Below are positions 1 to 9,125 of a stretch of 64,000 nt of DNA, piece after piece. Numbering within the stretch: position 1 is the stretch's first letter; each line of letters begins with the position of its first letter. Both the position numbers and the translations under genes were made by a program. The DNA lies in contig JBGSQF010000004.1 in NCBI GenBank assembly GCA_041738235.1, positions 6,215-70,214 of the forward strand, written 5' to 3'. Source of the DNA: Minisyncoccia bacterium. GTDB taxonomy: Bacteria > Patescibacteriota > Minisyncoccia > Moranbacterales > GCA-2747515. Below the pieces are notes generated by a model. That model was given only the letters and a program-made list of their open reading frames with translations, did not search any database and was not told the DNA's origin.

Positions 1-1359
1 TGGAAAGATATCAAATGCCTTAGAACGAATGTCCCCTGTTTCTGTCTGAAGGTCGAGAAAATCATAAATATCGTGGTGCCAAATATCAAGCGTGACAGAG
101 ATCGCCCCCAATCGTGCACCCAACTGATTCACTGCTGTTGCGGTATTGTTGATAACCTTCACCCACGGATTGATCCCGCCAGAAGCCCCTTCCACCCCAC
201 GGATCGATGCACCCCGAGCACGAATATTTCCAAGATAGACTCCGATCCCACCACCAAACTTCGAGATCTGCGCCATATTCTCAAAACCATGATAGATAGC
301 TCGAAGATCATCGTCAATGTTGATCTTGAAACAACTCGAAAGCTGATGGTAATTCGTTCGGGCGTTAATGAGCGTTGGGGTCGGTAGAGAGATACGCTGA
401 TTGGAACAGTGCTCATAGATCTCAAGAGCAAACTTCAAACGACTTTCTTTCTTCTCCGGGATCGCCAAAAATAATGCCACAGACATATACATTTCCTGCG
501 GAAGCTCCTTGACCACCCCATTAGGATTGAGCAGGTATCGTTTTGCCAAAGAAAGATTAGTGGTATACTCGTACGCTTCATCAAGCTCTTTGTTGAGGTG
601 TTTCCCCGCTTCCAGGATGTCTTTTTCAGAATAGTAGTCGTAGAATTTTTTGTAGTACAAACCCTTCTCAACATATTCATCAAACAAGGCTTTATATGTC
701 TCTGGGGTATAGATCTCATCCATCATAATTCCGCGGTTCTTGACCGCCTTCTTATAGAGATTGCCCAAAAATATGCGGGCTGCCACATACTGCCATGTAA
801 TGTTTTCAACGCTCACGAGGTCGATACACGTTTTGACCAACAGTTTGTTAATGTCAGAGGTCTTAATGTCCTCCACAATATTGTTTTTGAAAGCCTCCAC
901 CATATCCTCAAAACGACAAGATTCCTCATATCCCTGTACACAACGATCGAATACTGCCTTGATCTTGGTAAGATCGAACACCTCCTTCGATCCGTCATTT
1001 TTGATCACCTTCAAAGACTTTTGTTCAAACTGTTCTATAAGCTGTTCTTTCCTTTCCGCGCGCTCTTTACGATGTTCCTCACGATACAAAATATACGCTT
1101 TCGCCACATCAAAGCGTTCTACACGCATAAGTTCCAACTCCACAGCATCTTGGATCTTTTCTACAGATGGAATAGGAGAGTGGATCTCGTGCTCACAGTG
1201 TCGTTCGAGTTCTAGAACGATCTCGTCAACCAAGGAAGGAATGAATCCTTGGTCCTTCTCCCCCACTGAATCACATGCTTGTGCGATCGCCTTTTCTATC
1301 CTTGCGCGATCAAAAGGAAATATCTCACCATTTCGCTTTTGGATTTGAGTAATGGTCAT
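1..1359 (-). CDS. ribonucleotide reductase catalytic (alpha) subunit with N-terminal ATP-cone; 3' end runs off the left window edge
   Basis: The minus-strand frame is open from ATG at 1359..1357 to the window edge. It is absent from the ORF track because no stop lies inside the window. My own translation gives MTITQIQKRNGEIFPFDRARIEKAI (ATP-cone), then ...SKFGGGIGVYLGNIRARGASIRGVEGASGGINPWVKVINNTATAVNQLGARLGAISVTLDIWHHDIYDFLDL. That is the conserved RNR active-site region. Class Ia versus B12-dependent class II cannot be resolved by eye. The plus-strand ORFs 73..387, 598..1215 and 761..1348 are antisense artefacts. Confidence 0.8.
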   Translation of the reverse strand, partial: MTITQIQKRNGEIFPFDRARIEKAIAQACDSVGEKDQGFIPSLVDEIVLELERHCEHEIHSPIPSVEKIQDAVELELMRVERFDVAKAYILYREEHRKERAERKEQLIEQFEQKSLKVIKNDGSKEVFDLTKIKAVFDRCVQGYEESCRFEDMVEAFKNNIVEDIKTSDINKLLVKTCIDLVSVENITWQYVAARIFLGNLYKKAVKNRGIMMDEIYTPETYKALFDEYVEKGLYYKKFYDYYSEKDILEAGKHLNKELDEAYEYTTNLSLAKRYLLNPNGVVKELPQEMYMSVALFLAIPEKKESRLKFALEIYEHCSNQRISLPTPTLINARTNYHQLSSCFKINIDDDLRAIYHGFENMAQISKFGGGIGVYLGNIRARGASIRGVEGASGGINPWVKVINNTATAVNQLGARLGAISVTLDIWHHDIYDFLDLQTETGDIRSKAFDIFP

Positions 1360-1527
1360 GACTTTAATATTTACTATTTAGTATCAAATTATATTCTTTT
1401 ATCTTTTAGCTACTATTTTAAAAAAACATCCTCAGAAACAAAACTAATTGACAAACACCGTATTTCCCTCAATACTCTCATTGTCCATACAAGTGGGCTT
1501 TTCTCCCTTTGTAAAAAAGAGGGTACC

Positions 1528-1809
1528 ATGTTGCTCCGAGAGATTCTTGAACATGTCGACACGGGGAAGCTCAAGAGGACACTACTCATCCAATGGATGG
1601 GAGTTGTCCCAGGCCATCTGATGGTGCTCGGGGAAGCATTGATCCACGTCCTCCCCCCCACCACAGAGATCTCTTTGAAAAACAAGACATTTCATGCCCG
1701 CCTACCAAACCGGATAGTCGTAGTCTCCCCGGACCTGGAGAAGGCTCAATTCATGGATGAACACGGTTACAGATGGGCAGACTTCGAGGTCACAAGAGAA
1801 TTCGACTGA
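1528..1809 (+). CDS. hypothetical small protein divergent from the RNR gene
   Basis: This is the 3' part of ORF 1279..1809, trimmed to the first ATG (1528) that does not overlap the RNR start. A TTGACA-17-AATACT promoter-like element lies at about 1447-1475. There is no recognisable domain. Confidence 0.25.
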   Translation: MLLREILEHVDTGKLKRTLLIQWMGVVPGHLMVLGEALIHVLPPTTEISLKNKTFHARLPNRIVVVSPDLEKAQFMDEHGYRWADFEVTREFD

Positions 1810-1957
1810 ACCTCCCTATCCCCGCCGTACTCCGCTTATCCCCTGAGGGTACATCGCTATGTACCCTCCTTTTCTTTACCCCTTTTAATGAACTGAATGT
1901 TGTTGGGGGTGAAAAAGCACCGTCTTTTCAGACAGTGCCCTACACTTTGCATGTATT

Positions 1958-2533
1958 TTATTGTAAACGCTTCTCCACAACACTCCAGTCGATACCCTTC
2001 ATAAACGCTTCAATATACTCTATCTTCTTGAGCCCATAATCCAATACGAATGCATGTTCAAACACATCCATAACAAGAAGTGGTGTTGCCCCAGCCAAAT
2101 GTCCGCCATCATGTTCATTGATCCAAACATTGAAGAGTCGTCCCGAAACCGCATCATAATATAACACCACCCAGCCGATCCCACGCATCGATCCCATTGA
2201 TCGAAAATCTTTCTCCCACATATCAAGACTCCCCCACTCCTTCTCTAGACTCTCTTTGAGTGATCCGCTCCCAAGGGCTACTCCTGTTTTTGTAAGATTC
2301 CCAAAATACAATTCGTGAAGTCTCATGCCGTTAAATTCCCATCCAAAACGTCGATTCATCTCAGCAAATTCCGGCGTGGCAAATTTATCGCTTTTTTCTA
2401 ACTCTACAAGAGCGTCATTGAGCTTATTGGTATTTGCAACATACCCCTCATACAAAGCAAAGTGATTGGTCAGCAATGCGTCACTAAGCCCCGGAAAGCC
2501 GAGAAGGTACTTAAAGTCTTTTGCAACGTACAT
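1958..2533 (-). CDS. sodA: Fe/Mn superoxide dismutase
   Basis: 191 aa. SOD family signatures are present: GLSDALLTNHFALYEGYV..N, WEFNGMRLHELYFGNL, IGWVVLYYD, and the C-terminal DVFEHAFVLDYGLKKIEYIEAFMKGIDW (the metal-binding D..H motif). Confidence 0.85.
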   Translation of the reverse strand: MYVAKDFKYLLGFPGLSDALLTNHFALYEGYVANTNKLNDALVELEKSDKFATPEFAEMNRRFGWEFNGMRLHELYFGNLTKTGVALGSGSLKESLEKEWGSLDMWEKDFRSMGSMRGIGWVVLYYDAVSGRLFNVWINEHDGGHLAGATPLLVMDVFEHAFVLDYGLKKIEYIEAFMKGIDWSVVEKRLQ

Positions 2534-2584
2534 ATTTTTGATTTTAGAGTTTACCTGTCACGTTTTACTTATTACACGTCACTT

Positions 2585-3184
2585 TTAGATCTTTCCCACC
2601 AAGTTCACACCAGGCTTTAAAGTCTTTGCTCCGGGCCTCCACGATGCAGGACAGACTTCATTTTTGTGTTTTGCCACATGCTGCGCTGCCTCGATCTTTC
2701 GAAGAAGCTCCTCAGCATTTCGCCCAATAGAATTATCATTTACTTCGTACGCCTTGAGTATCATCTTTGGATCGATAACGAACGTTCCACGAAGCGCCAA
2801 TCCTTCCTCGGGGATGTATACACCGCAGTATTTCGTCAATCGTCCTGTTGGATCAGCAGCCATTGGATATTTCACCTTTCCGATCGCAGGGGAATTATCA
2901 TGCCATGCCTTATGCACAAACGCAGTGTCAGTACTCACGCTCACGATCTCTACGCCCAATTTCTGAAACTTTCCATAATTCTCAGCAAGTTCCTCCAACT
3001 CCGTCGGACACACGAACGTAAAATCGGCTGGGTAGAAAAACAACACCACCCACTTATCTTTGAGATCGGAAAGTTTCATTTTCTTTATACGGTTTTGATG
3101 AAAAACTTCCACCTCAAAGTCCTGAAATTTCTTACCGATCACCGCCCGCTCGAACATATCATCGTCGAAATATACTTCTTCCAT
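2585..3184 (-). CDS. ahpC: 2-Cys peroxiredoxin (AhpC/Prx1 family)
   Basis: 199 aa. It has the peroxidatic Cys motif FYPADFTFVCPTE and a resolving Cys near the C-terminus (EVCPASW). Confidence 0.85.
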   Translation of the reverse strand: MEEVYFDDDMFERAVIGKKFQDFEVEVFHQNRIKKMKLSDLKDKWVVLFFYPADFTFVCPTELEELAENYGKFQKLGVEIVSVSTDTAFVHKAWHDNSPAIGKVKYPMAADPTGRLTKYCGVYIPEEGLALRGTFVIDPKMILKAYEVNDNSIGRNAEELLRKIEAAQHVAKHKNEVCPASWRPGAKTLKPGVNLVGKI

Positions 3185-3423
3185 ACTCTTTGTTGCCGAT
3201 TCCCGCCAAGATGATGTTTCTTGTTCGAGTCACGGATATTATTGTTATATATTTAACTACATTTAAAGTTGAAATTTCTTTCTAAGACTACGACACTTTT
3301 TAGAAGTTCTCCTCCTCTCGAACGTTGGGTCATTATATCGCAAGCACACCACCCATGTCAAATATAAAACAAACAAAGGCACAATATATTGTGCCTTTTG
3401 CCTATAATAAAACACAAATGCGA

Positions 3424-4344
3424 TCATTCACCCAATCCCGCTATTGCCTGTTTTAACGCTTCGGCTGATCGCTGAAGAAGCTCCAATTCAGAGTCAGAGA
3501 ACACTACGCACATATGTCCCGCAATACCCTCTTTTCCCACCACCGCAGGGACACTCAAACAGACATCCGATATACCAAACTCACCCTCCATCAGATGCGA
3601 TACTGGCAAGATCACACGCTTATCATTGATGATGGCACTGCACAAATGTGCCACTCCGGCACCGATAGCATAATACGTCGCTTGCTTTCCCTTGATGATA
3701 GCGTATGCAGCATTCTTTGCCTGATCAAAGATCTCATCTTTTTCTGGCTGACTGAGTATCCGACACTCATTAATGCTCATCGATCCTGTCATAGCCGTCG
3801 ACCAGAAAGGCAATTCGCTGTCTCCATGTTCCCCCACAATATAAGCGTGAATACTTCGAGGGTTGATACGCAACTTTTCTCCAAGAAGATGGCGAAAACG
3901 AGCACTATCCAACATTGTTCCCGTTCCCAAGATCTGACGCTTTTTTTCAGGAAACATTTTGATCGCCAAATAGGTCAACGCATCCACCGGATTGGTTACC
4001 ATAATAAGGATCGCATCGGGATTACGAGAAAATATCTCCGGAACGATCGCTTGAACGATCTTGGAATTATTTTTAATAAGATCGAGTCGCGTTTGTCCCT
4101 CCTTCTGCGCCGATCCAGCACAAAATACTACCACGCGACTATCTCGAAAATCTTCATAGGTTCCTACCTTAACCTGGGTAGAACCAAAAAAAGGCACACT
4201 ATGCTGCAAGTCCATTACCTGAGCCTTTGCGAGGTCCTCATTTACATCAATGATCGCCACCTCCTGCACAATATCCTTGGCAACGATACTATAGGCACTT
4301 GTTGCCCCCACCATTCCAGCACCAACTACTGTGATCTTATCCAT
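3424..4344 (-). CDS. ldh: L-lactate dehydrogenase
   Basis: 306 aa. It has the Rossmann N-terminus ITVVGAGMVG and the substrate loop SAQKEGQTRLDL, where Gln at the specificity position indicates LDH rather than MDH. The catalytic IVGEHGDS motif is present. Confidence 0.8.
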   Translation of the reverse strand: MDKITVVGAGMVGATSAYSIVAKDIVQEVAIIDVNEDLAKAQVMDLQHSVPFFGSTQVKVGTYEDFRDSRVVVFCAGSAQKEGQTRLDLIKNNSKIVQAIVPEIFSRNPDAILIMVTNPVDALTYLAIKMFPEKKRQILGTGTMLDSARFRHLLGEKLRINPRSIHAYIVGEHGDSELPFWSTAMTGSMSINECRILSQPEKDEIFDQAKNAAYAIIKGKQATYYAIGAGVAHLCSAIINDKRVILPVSHLMEGEFGISDVCLSVPAVVGKEGIAGHMCVVFSDSELELLQRSAEALKQAIAGLGE

Positions 4345-4403
4345 AGAGAAAGCATTTACACTTTAAGGATTACCCATTACAGTAGAATTATACCATATTC
4401 TTT

Positions 4404-5351
4404 ATGAATACTCCCAACACCTTCACCGTCACTTCTCAAGAGGCAGGTGCGCGCCTCGATGTTTTTTTGCACATACACTTTCCGCAACACTCACGGTCCA
4501 CACTCGCAAAACACGTCATGCAAGGCAATGTCCTTTTAAACAAGAAACAAAAAAAGCCTAGCTCTATCCTAAAAGATGGTGACCAAGTAGAAGTGTTTTT
4601 ACCAGAAGAACAGGTTGATGCTCTCCTACCAAACAACACTTTACAAATTCCCGCTCTCTACGAAGATAACAATATTTTGGTTATCAATAAACCGGCGGGG
4701 ATCCAGACACACCCCTCCGCCACAGAAGAACAAAAGACCGTGGTCAATTGGCTCATCGCCAAATATCCAAAGATTGCTTCTATTGGTGAAGATCCGACCC
4801 GACCCGGCATCGTTCACCGCCTTGATAAGGATACTTCAGGCGTGCTTGTTATTGCCAAAACCCAAGAAAGTTTTAAAAAGCTCAAAGAACTTTTTGGCTC
4901 ACGTGAGATCGAAAAAGCATACGTCGCGCTTGTTCATGGCATACCATCACCATCAATAGGAACTATCGATAAACCCATCGCTCGATCCGCATCCTTTCGA
5001 AAACAAGTCATTCCCGAAGGTCGAACAAAATTCAAAGGAACGCCACGAGAGGCTATCACAAAATATGAAGTGACAAAGACCTTTCCAGCTTCTGCTCCTC
5101 GCTATTCATTACTTTCTGTTAAACCACAAACAGGGAGAATGCATCAGATCCGCATTCATCTCTCCTCCATAGAACACCCCATTGTAGGAGATGCTCTTTA
5201 TAGACGAAAAGAATTTCAAACACCTTCTATTGTCAAAAGACACCTCCTGCATGCACACCAGATCTCGTTCAATCTTTTCGGCAAGGCACACACTTTTAAC
5301 GCGCCTTTACCAGACGATTTTGAAAGATTCCTAAAAACAGTAGAATGTTGA
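4404..5351 (+). CDS. rluD: RluA-family 23S rRNA pseudouridine synthase (RluD-like) with N-terminal S4 domain
   Basis: 315 aa. The catalytic motif HRLDKDTSGVLVIAKT is present, and the S4-like N-terminus reads ARLDVFL. Confidence 0.8.
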   Translation: MNTPNTFTVTSQEAGARLDVFLHIHFPQHSRSTLAKHVMQGNVLLNKKQKKPSSILKDGDQVEVFLPEEQVDALLPNNTLQIPALYEDNNILVINKPAGIQTHPSATEEQKTVVNWLIAKYPKIASIGEDPTRPGIVHRLDKDTSGVLVIAKTQESFKKLKELFGSREIEKAYVALVHGIPSPSIGTIDKPIARSASFRKQVIPEGRTKFKGTPREAITKYEVTKTFPASAPRYSLLSVKPQTGRMHQIRIHLSSIEHPIVGDALYRRKEFQTPSIVKRHLLHAHQISFNLFGKAHTFNAPLPDDFERFLKTVEC

Positions 5352-5423
5352 CAATAACGATACTTTCGTTTACCATAGGAGAACTGGGTGATTCCACCCT
5401 TTTTTGTAATGAAAGACATATAT

Positions 5424-5933
5424 ATGCATAAAACAGTTATTGAGTTCAACCAGACCCAAAGAAACAAGGCCATTCCAGACATTCGTACAGGAGATACTGT
5501 GCGCATATTCCGAAAGATCGTAGAAGAAGGCAAGGAACGCATTCAGATCTTTGAAGGTCTTATTATAGCCAAAAAAGGTGGACAAAGCTCTTCTCCCACG
5601 ATCACCGTACGAAAAACCTCTTTTGGCGTAGGCGTAGAGCTGGTTCTCCCCGTCTACTCCCCCACGATCGAAAAGATCGAATTGGTAAAACGCTCCAAAA
5701 CACGACGATCAAAACTTTACTTCGTGCGCGACAAGGCTGATCGTGAACTTAAACGAAAACTCCGAGATATCCCCCTCTCTGAAGAAGAAAAACTTCCCAA
5801 AGAGCCAAAAAAAGAAATTGCTCCTGCCACTGCTGAGATGTCAGAAAAGTCAGAACCGGTAGAAACTGAAGAAGCTCCGGAAAAAACAGAAGTAGTTGCC
5901 GGCAAGGAAGAAGATAAGAAAGAAGTAAAATAG
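5424..5933 (+). CDS. rplS: 50S ribosomal protein L19 with acidic/Lys-rich C-terminal extension
   Basis: The L19 core is GDTVRIFRKIVEEGKERIQIFEGLIIAKKGG...TVRKTSFGVGVELVLPVYSPTIEKIELVKRSKTRRSKLYFVR. The ORF track starts at 5388, but ATG 5424 (MHKTVIEF) fits the L19 N-terminus better. Confidence 0.85.
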   Translation: MHKTVIEFNQTQRNKAIPDIRTGDTVRIFRKIVEEGKERIQIFEGLIIAKKGGQSSSPTITVRKTSFGVGVELVLPVYSPTIEKIELVKRSKTRRSKLYFVRDKADRELKRKLRDIPLSEEEKLPKEPKKEIAPATAEMSEKSEPVETEEAPEKTEVVAGKEEDKKEVK

Positions 5934-5960
5934 CCTTTTATATAAAGCTTTATCATAACA

Positions 5961-5985
5961 TTCCCGCTCATGCGGGAATTTATGT
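5961..5985 (+). terminator. rho-independent terminator after rplS
   Basis: The hairpin TTCCCGC-tcat-GCGGGAA is followed by TTTATGTAT. Confidence 0.6.
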
Positions 5986-6031
5986 ATCGGCTCTGTACAA
6001 AAAGAAAAATATTTCCTATACTAAAAAACAT

Positions 6032-6116
6032 GCCCAGGTGGCGGAATCCGGTATACGCGCTAGCTTGAGGTGCTAGTTCTCGCAAGGGATTGGAGGTTCA
6101 AATCCTCTCCTGGGCA
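6032..6116 (+). tRNA. tRNA-Leu (anticodon GAG), long variable arm, no encoded CCA
   Basis: The acceptor stem is GCCCAGG/CCTGGGC. The anticodon stem-loop is CTAGC-TTGAGGT-GCTAG. The T-loop is GTTCAAATC and the discriminator is A. Confidence 0.85.
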
Positions 6117-6119
6117 CAA
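6099..6119. repeat. 21-bp direct repeat copy 1 (3' end of tRNA-Leu: CAAATCCTCTCCTGGGCACAA)
   Basis: It is identical to 6271..6291. Confidence 0.9.
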
Positions 6120-6270
6120 GAACGGAGTGAGTGTGACAAGGAAGTAAGTCGACTGCTCGACTTACTCGAGGATTTGAAAGTCGGAGCGATGCGCAAGTTT
6201 GAGCAAAGCGAGAAGCGCGCGCCGCGAGACGGGGTCGAGAAATATTTTCGTCAGAAAATATATTCGTGAC

Positions 6271-6291
6271 CAAATCCTCTCCTGGGCACAA
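6271..6291. repeat. 21-bp direct repeat copy 2 (duplicated tRNA-Leu 3' end) closing a 151-bp insert
   Basis: It is a perfect copy of 6099..6119. The intervening 6120..6270 contains two hairpins (GTAAGTCGA-ctgc-TCGACTTAC and GAAATATTTTC-gtca-GAAAATATATTC). Confidence 0.9.
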
Positions 6292-6315
6292 AAATGATCA
6301 AGAACAAAGACGAAT

Positions 6316-6389
6316 GCGCGATTAGCTCAGTTGGTTAGAGCATCTCGTTTACACCGAGAGGGTCGTAGGTTCGAGTCCTACATCGCGCA
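6316..6389 (+). tRNA. tRNA-Val (anticodon TAC)
   Basis: GCGCGATTAGCTCAGTTGGTTAGAGC...TCTCG-TTTACAC-CGAGA...GGTTCGAGTCC...ATCGCGCA. Confidence 0.85.
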
Positions 6390-6401
6390 CAAAAAATATC
6401 C

Positions 6402-6473
6402 GCCGAGGTAGCTCAGTGGTAGAGCAGAGGACTGAAAATCCTCGTGTCGGCAGTCCGATTCTGCCCCTCGGCA
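6402..6473 (+). tRNA. tRNA-Phe (anticodon GAA)
   Basis: The acceptor stem is GCCGAGG/CCTCGGC. The anticodon loop is GAGGA-CTGAAAA-TCCTC. The T-arm is GGCAG-TCCGATT-CTGCC. Confidence 0.85.
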
Positions 6474-6509
6474 CAAAATAGAAAGAGAGTAAGTGTATAC
6501 CTGAGCCAT

Positions 6510-6581
6510 GGGGCTGTAGCTCAGTGGTAGAGCGCGCGGCTCATAACCGCTTGGTCATAGGTTCGATCCCTATCAGCACCA
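6510..6581 (+). tRNA. tRNA-Met (anticodon CAT; elongator vs Ile2/lysidine type not resolved)
   Basis: The sequence runs GGGGCTGTAGCTCAGTGGTAGAGC...loop CTCATAA...ATAGG-TTCGATC-CCTAT-CAGCACC-A. There is one G.A mismatch in the acceptor stem. Confidence 0.7.
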
Positions 6582-6594
6582 CACAAAAGTAATA

Positions 6595-6666
6595 GCGGGT
6601 ATCGTATAGTGGCTATTATACGTCCTTGCCAAGGACGAGAGACGGGTTCGATTCCCGTTACCCGCT
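6595..6666 (+). tRNA. tRNA-Gly (anticodon GCC)
   Basis: The anticodon stem-loop is CGTCC-TTGCCAA-GGACG, identical in pattern to E. coli tRNA-Gly(GCC). The T-arm is ACGGG-TTCGATT-CCCGT, and the discriminator is U as expected for Gly. Confidence 0.85.
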
Positions 6667-6803
6667 CAGATTATAAAGAACGGCTTGAATAAGCTGTTTT
6701 TTGTATTACAACAAGTAGCGATATATCGATAATATATATCACAATATTGACTTTATGATATATTATGATAAGATGTATTTATCAATAGTAGTTAAATAAA
6801 TAT

Positions 6804-7892
6804 ATGGGAAAAATTAAATTTAATCATCCAAAACATTTACCAATAAAACTTGATTATGGTAAATTTGCTTTGGAATTAGCAGCGGCTCAATATGAATTAG
6901 GTGTTCTTCAGGGTTCGCATAAGAATTTGCGTAATCCACTTTTGCTCATTGCTCCTCTTACAGCGAAGGAAGCTTCGGTTAGCTCAAAAATTGAAGGAAC
7001 ACAAAGTTCTCCAAGAGATGTTTTTGTGTATGAGGCTGGAGGGAAATCAGCATATGAGGATACTCCTGAAGTTGCAAATTATAGAAGAGCTATGTACTTT
7101 GCCTTGGACGAACTTAAAAAAGGAAGAAAAATTAGTTCACATTTAATAAAATCACTCCAGGAAATTTTATTGAAAAATAGTCGTCATGATGGCAAGCTTG
7201 GAGCCTACAGGGAAAAAACGGTATATATTGCAGAAAAAAGAAGTGACCCAATTGAGAAAGCGTTGTATGTACCACCAGAACACTTTCTTGTTCCTGAATA
7301 TGTGGATAACCTGATAGAATTTTTAAAAAGCGAAGAGGATCTGCTGATTAAAGCGGGCATAATTCATTATCAATTTGAGGCTATTCATCCATTTGAAGAC
7401 GGCAATGGAAGAATAGGCAGACTGTTGATACCATTGTTTCTTTTCCAAGAGAAGAAGGTGTCATTGCCAATAATTTACGTAAGTGGTTATCTGGAAAGTA
7501 ATCGATCGGAATATAGAAATGCGTTACATAAGGTAGATGAAACTGGAAATTACGAGCCATGGCTTAAAGTGTTTTTTAAGGCAATAGCTATGCAGGCAAA
7601 GGAAACAAGTGATACTGTGGGCAAAATTAATGATTTATATGATTCAACCAGAGATCTAGTTAAGAAAGTTAAGTCTCCATATATAATCCCTACAATTGAT
7701 TTTATCTTTGAACAGCCAATATTTTCAACAACCCAGCTTATGAATAAGTTAAATACTTCTGCATGGCTGACAGGCTCAAGGCAAGTGGAAATATTAAAAA
7801 AGAACAAGTTAATTGAAGAGTTGCCTGCCGATTTTAGTGATGACAAAAGAGAAAAGCTTTACATCTTTCATAAGCTACTTTCCTTGTTGTAA
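6804..7892 (+). CDS. Fic/DOC family protein (class II, with N-terminal inhibitory SxxxEG helix)
   Basis: 362 aa. It has the canonical Fic active-site motif HPFEDGNGRIGR and the N-terminal inhibitory motif SSKIEG (S-x-x-x-E-G). The gene and its flanks are clearly more AT-rich than neighbouring DNA. Confidence 0.85.
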   Translation: MGKIKFNHPKHLPIKLDYGKFALELAAAQYELGVLQGSHKNLRNPLLLIAPLTAKEASVSSKIEGTQSSPRDVFVYEAGGKSAYEDTPEVANYRRAMYFALDELKKGRKISSHLIKSLQEILLKNSRHDGKLGAYREKTVYIAEKRSDPIEKALYVPPEHFLVPEYVDNLIEFLKSEEDLLIKAGIIHYQFEAIHPFEDGNGRIGRLLIPLFLFQEKKVSLPIIYVSGYLESNRSEYRNALHKVDETGNYEPWLKVFFKAIAMQAKETSDTVGKINDLYDSTRDLVKKVKSPYIIPTIDFIFEQPIFSTTQLMNKLNTSAWLTGSRQVEILKKNKLIEELPADFSDDKREKLYIFHKLLSLL

Positions 7893-7952
7893 GAAAGATG
7901 CATTTGCGAACCCAGTCCGAACTGCCTGCACTTCCCCGCTCCGCAAATAAAA

Positions 7953-7986
7953 GAAAATTCCCACAAATGGGAATTTTCTTTTATTA
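7953..7986 (+). terminator. rho-independent terminator after the fic gene
   Basis: The hairpin GAAAATTCCCA-caaa-TGGGAATTTTC is followed by TTTTATT. Confidence 0.7.
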
Positions 7987-8046
7987 TAGGAAAACTTCAA
8001 CAAAGGGGGGGTTTTATTTCTCTCAATCTTCGCTATACTAAATACC

Positions 8047-9045
8047 ATGCAAAGAATACTTAACCTTTTCCTCATTGGACTTGTTGCCACCGCAGCGATC
8101 TTCGGAAGTGTTTTTGCTTTCCTGCACAGGGAAGAACTCGTTTCTCCCTGCCTGCCCCCACTTCACTATTCGATCGGCACTGTTGATCCACAATTTCAAA
8201 TATCACGCGAAAAATTCACCTCGATCGTCTTTCAGGCTGAACAAATGTGGGAGACCGCTCTTGAAAAAGATGTCTTTCAGTACGACCCGAGCGCACCTTT
8301 TACAGTAAACCTTCTCTATGATGAACGTCAATCCAAAACAAACAAAAGCATTCAACTTGAAAAAGAGATCGATTCAAAAAAAGAAACGTATGATCAGCTG
8401 ACGGAAAAACTTGATGCGGACACAAAAACCTACGAGGCGCTCATGACTGAATATAATATACTCTCGAAAAAGTACGAGGCAGACGCCACTGCATACAATA
8501 CAACTGTTGCCTCCTGGAACAAAAAAGGCGGTGCGCCCCCAAAAGAATACAAACAACTCCAAGAAGACCTCAAGACCATCGAGGAAGAACAATCCAAACT
8601 CAACACACTCATAAGCCAGATCAATGCGCTTGCAAAATCCTCCGAATATCTCGTATCTACCATAAATAACACCGCTGACAACATCAACTCGACAGTAGAT
8701 ATACACAACAACCTTTTTGAGCAAGGCGAGGAATTCAATAAGGGAATATTCAATAGAGACCGAATTGACATCTACCAGTTTATAAGTCCAGAAGATCTCC
8801 TTCTTACCCTCACTCACGAGATGGGACACTCCCTTTATATTACCGAACACACGCAAGATCCCAAATCGATCATGTATTATCTTATGCAAGAGCAACCCAC
8901 GGATCCCGTTGCACTCACCCAACAAGACATCGATGCCGCCGTTCATACGTGCCGTTTCGATATCCGTACCACAAAAGACTACCTCGATGCTCTGTATAAC
9001 TATTTTGCCCACCTCAATCTTCAATCACTCTACTGGCAGAAGTAA
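8047..9045 (+). CDS. membrane-anchored coiled-coil protein with C-terminal HExxH zinc-metalloprotease-like motif
   Basis: 332 aa. It has an N-terminal TM (ILNLFLIGLVATAAIFGSVFAFL), then a long K/E/Q-rich predicted coiled coil, then LTHEMGHSLYITEH (HExxH plus a downstream E/H). The family is not recognised. Confidence 0.55.
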   Translation: MQRILNLFLIGLVATAAIFGSVFAFLHREELVSPCLPPLHYSIGTVDPQFQISREKFTSIVFQAEQMWETALEKDVFQYDPSAPFTVNLLYDERQSKTNKSIQLEKEIDSKKETYDQLTEKLDADTKTYEALMTEYNILSKKYEADATAYNTTVASWNKKGGAPPKEYKQLQEDLKTIEEEQSKLNTLISQINALAKSSEYLVSTINNTADNINSTVDIHNNLFEQGEEFNKGIFNRDRIDIYQFISPEDLLLTLTHEMGHSLYITEHTQDPKSIMYYLMQEQPTDPVALTQQDIDAAVHTCRFDIRTTKDYLDALYNYFAHLNLQSLYWQK

Positions 9046-9093
9046 TCTGTTCTTCAACAAGATTGACAAACATCCAGTTTCGTGCTTCACTAG

Positions 9094-9125
9094 AGAGTTC
9101 TTACTTATAAGAACTCTTTTGTTTT
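9094..9125 (+). terminator. rho-independent terminator
   Basis: There is a perfect 10-bp inverted repeat AGAGTTCTTA-ctta-TAAGAACTCT, followed by TTTTGTTTTG. Confidence 0.7.

Noticed and set aside
73-1348. Plus-strand ORFs 73..387, 598..1215 and 761..1348.
   Set aside because: They are antisense to a clearly conserved RNR reading frame on the minus strand and have low-complexity, non-protein-like composition.
6073-6291. ORF 6073..6291 (minus).
   Set aside because: It overlaps tRNA-Leu and the duplicated-repeat insert and has no coding signal.
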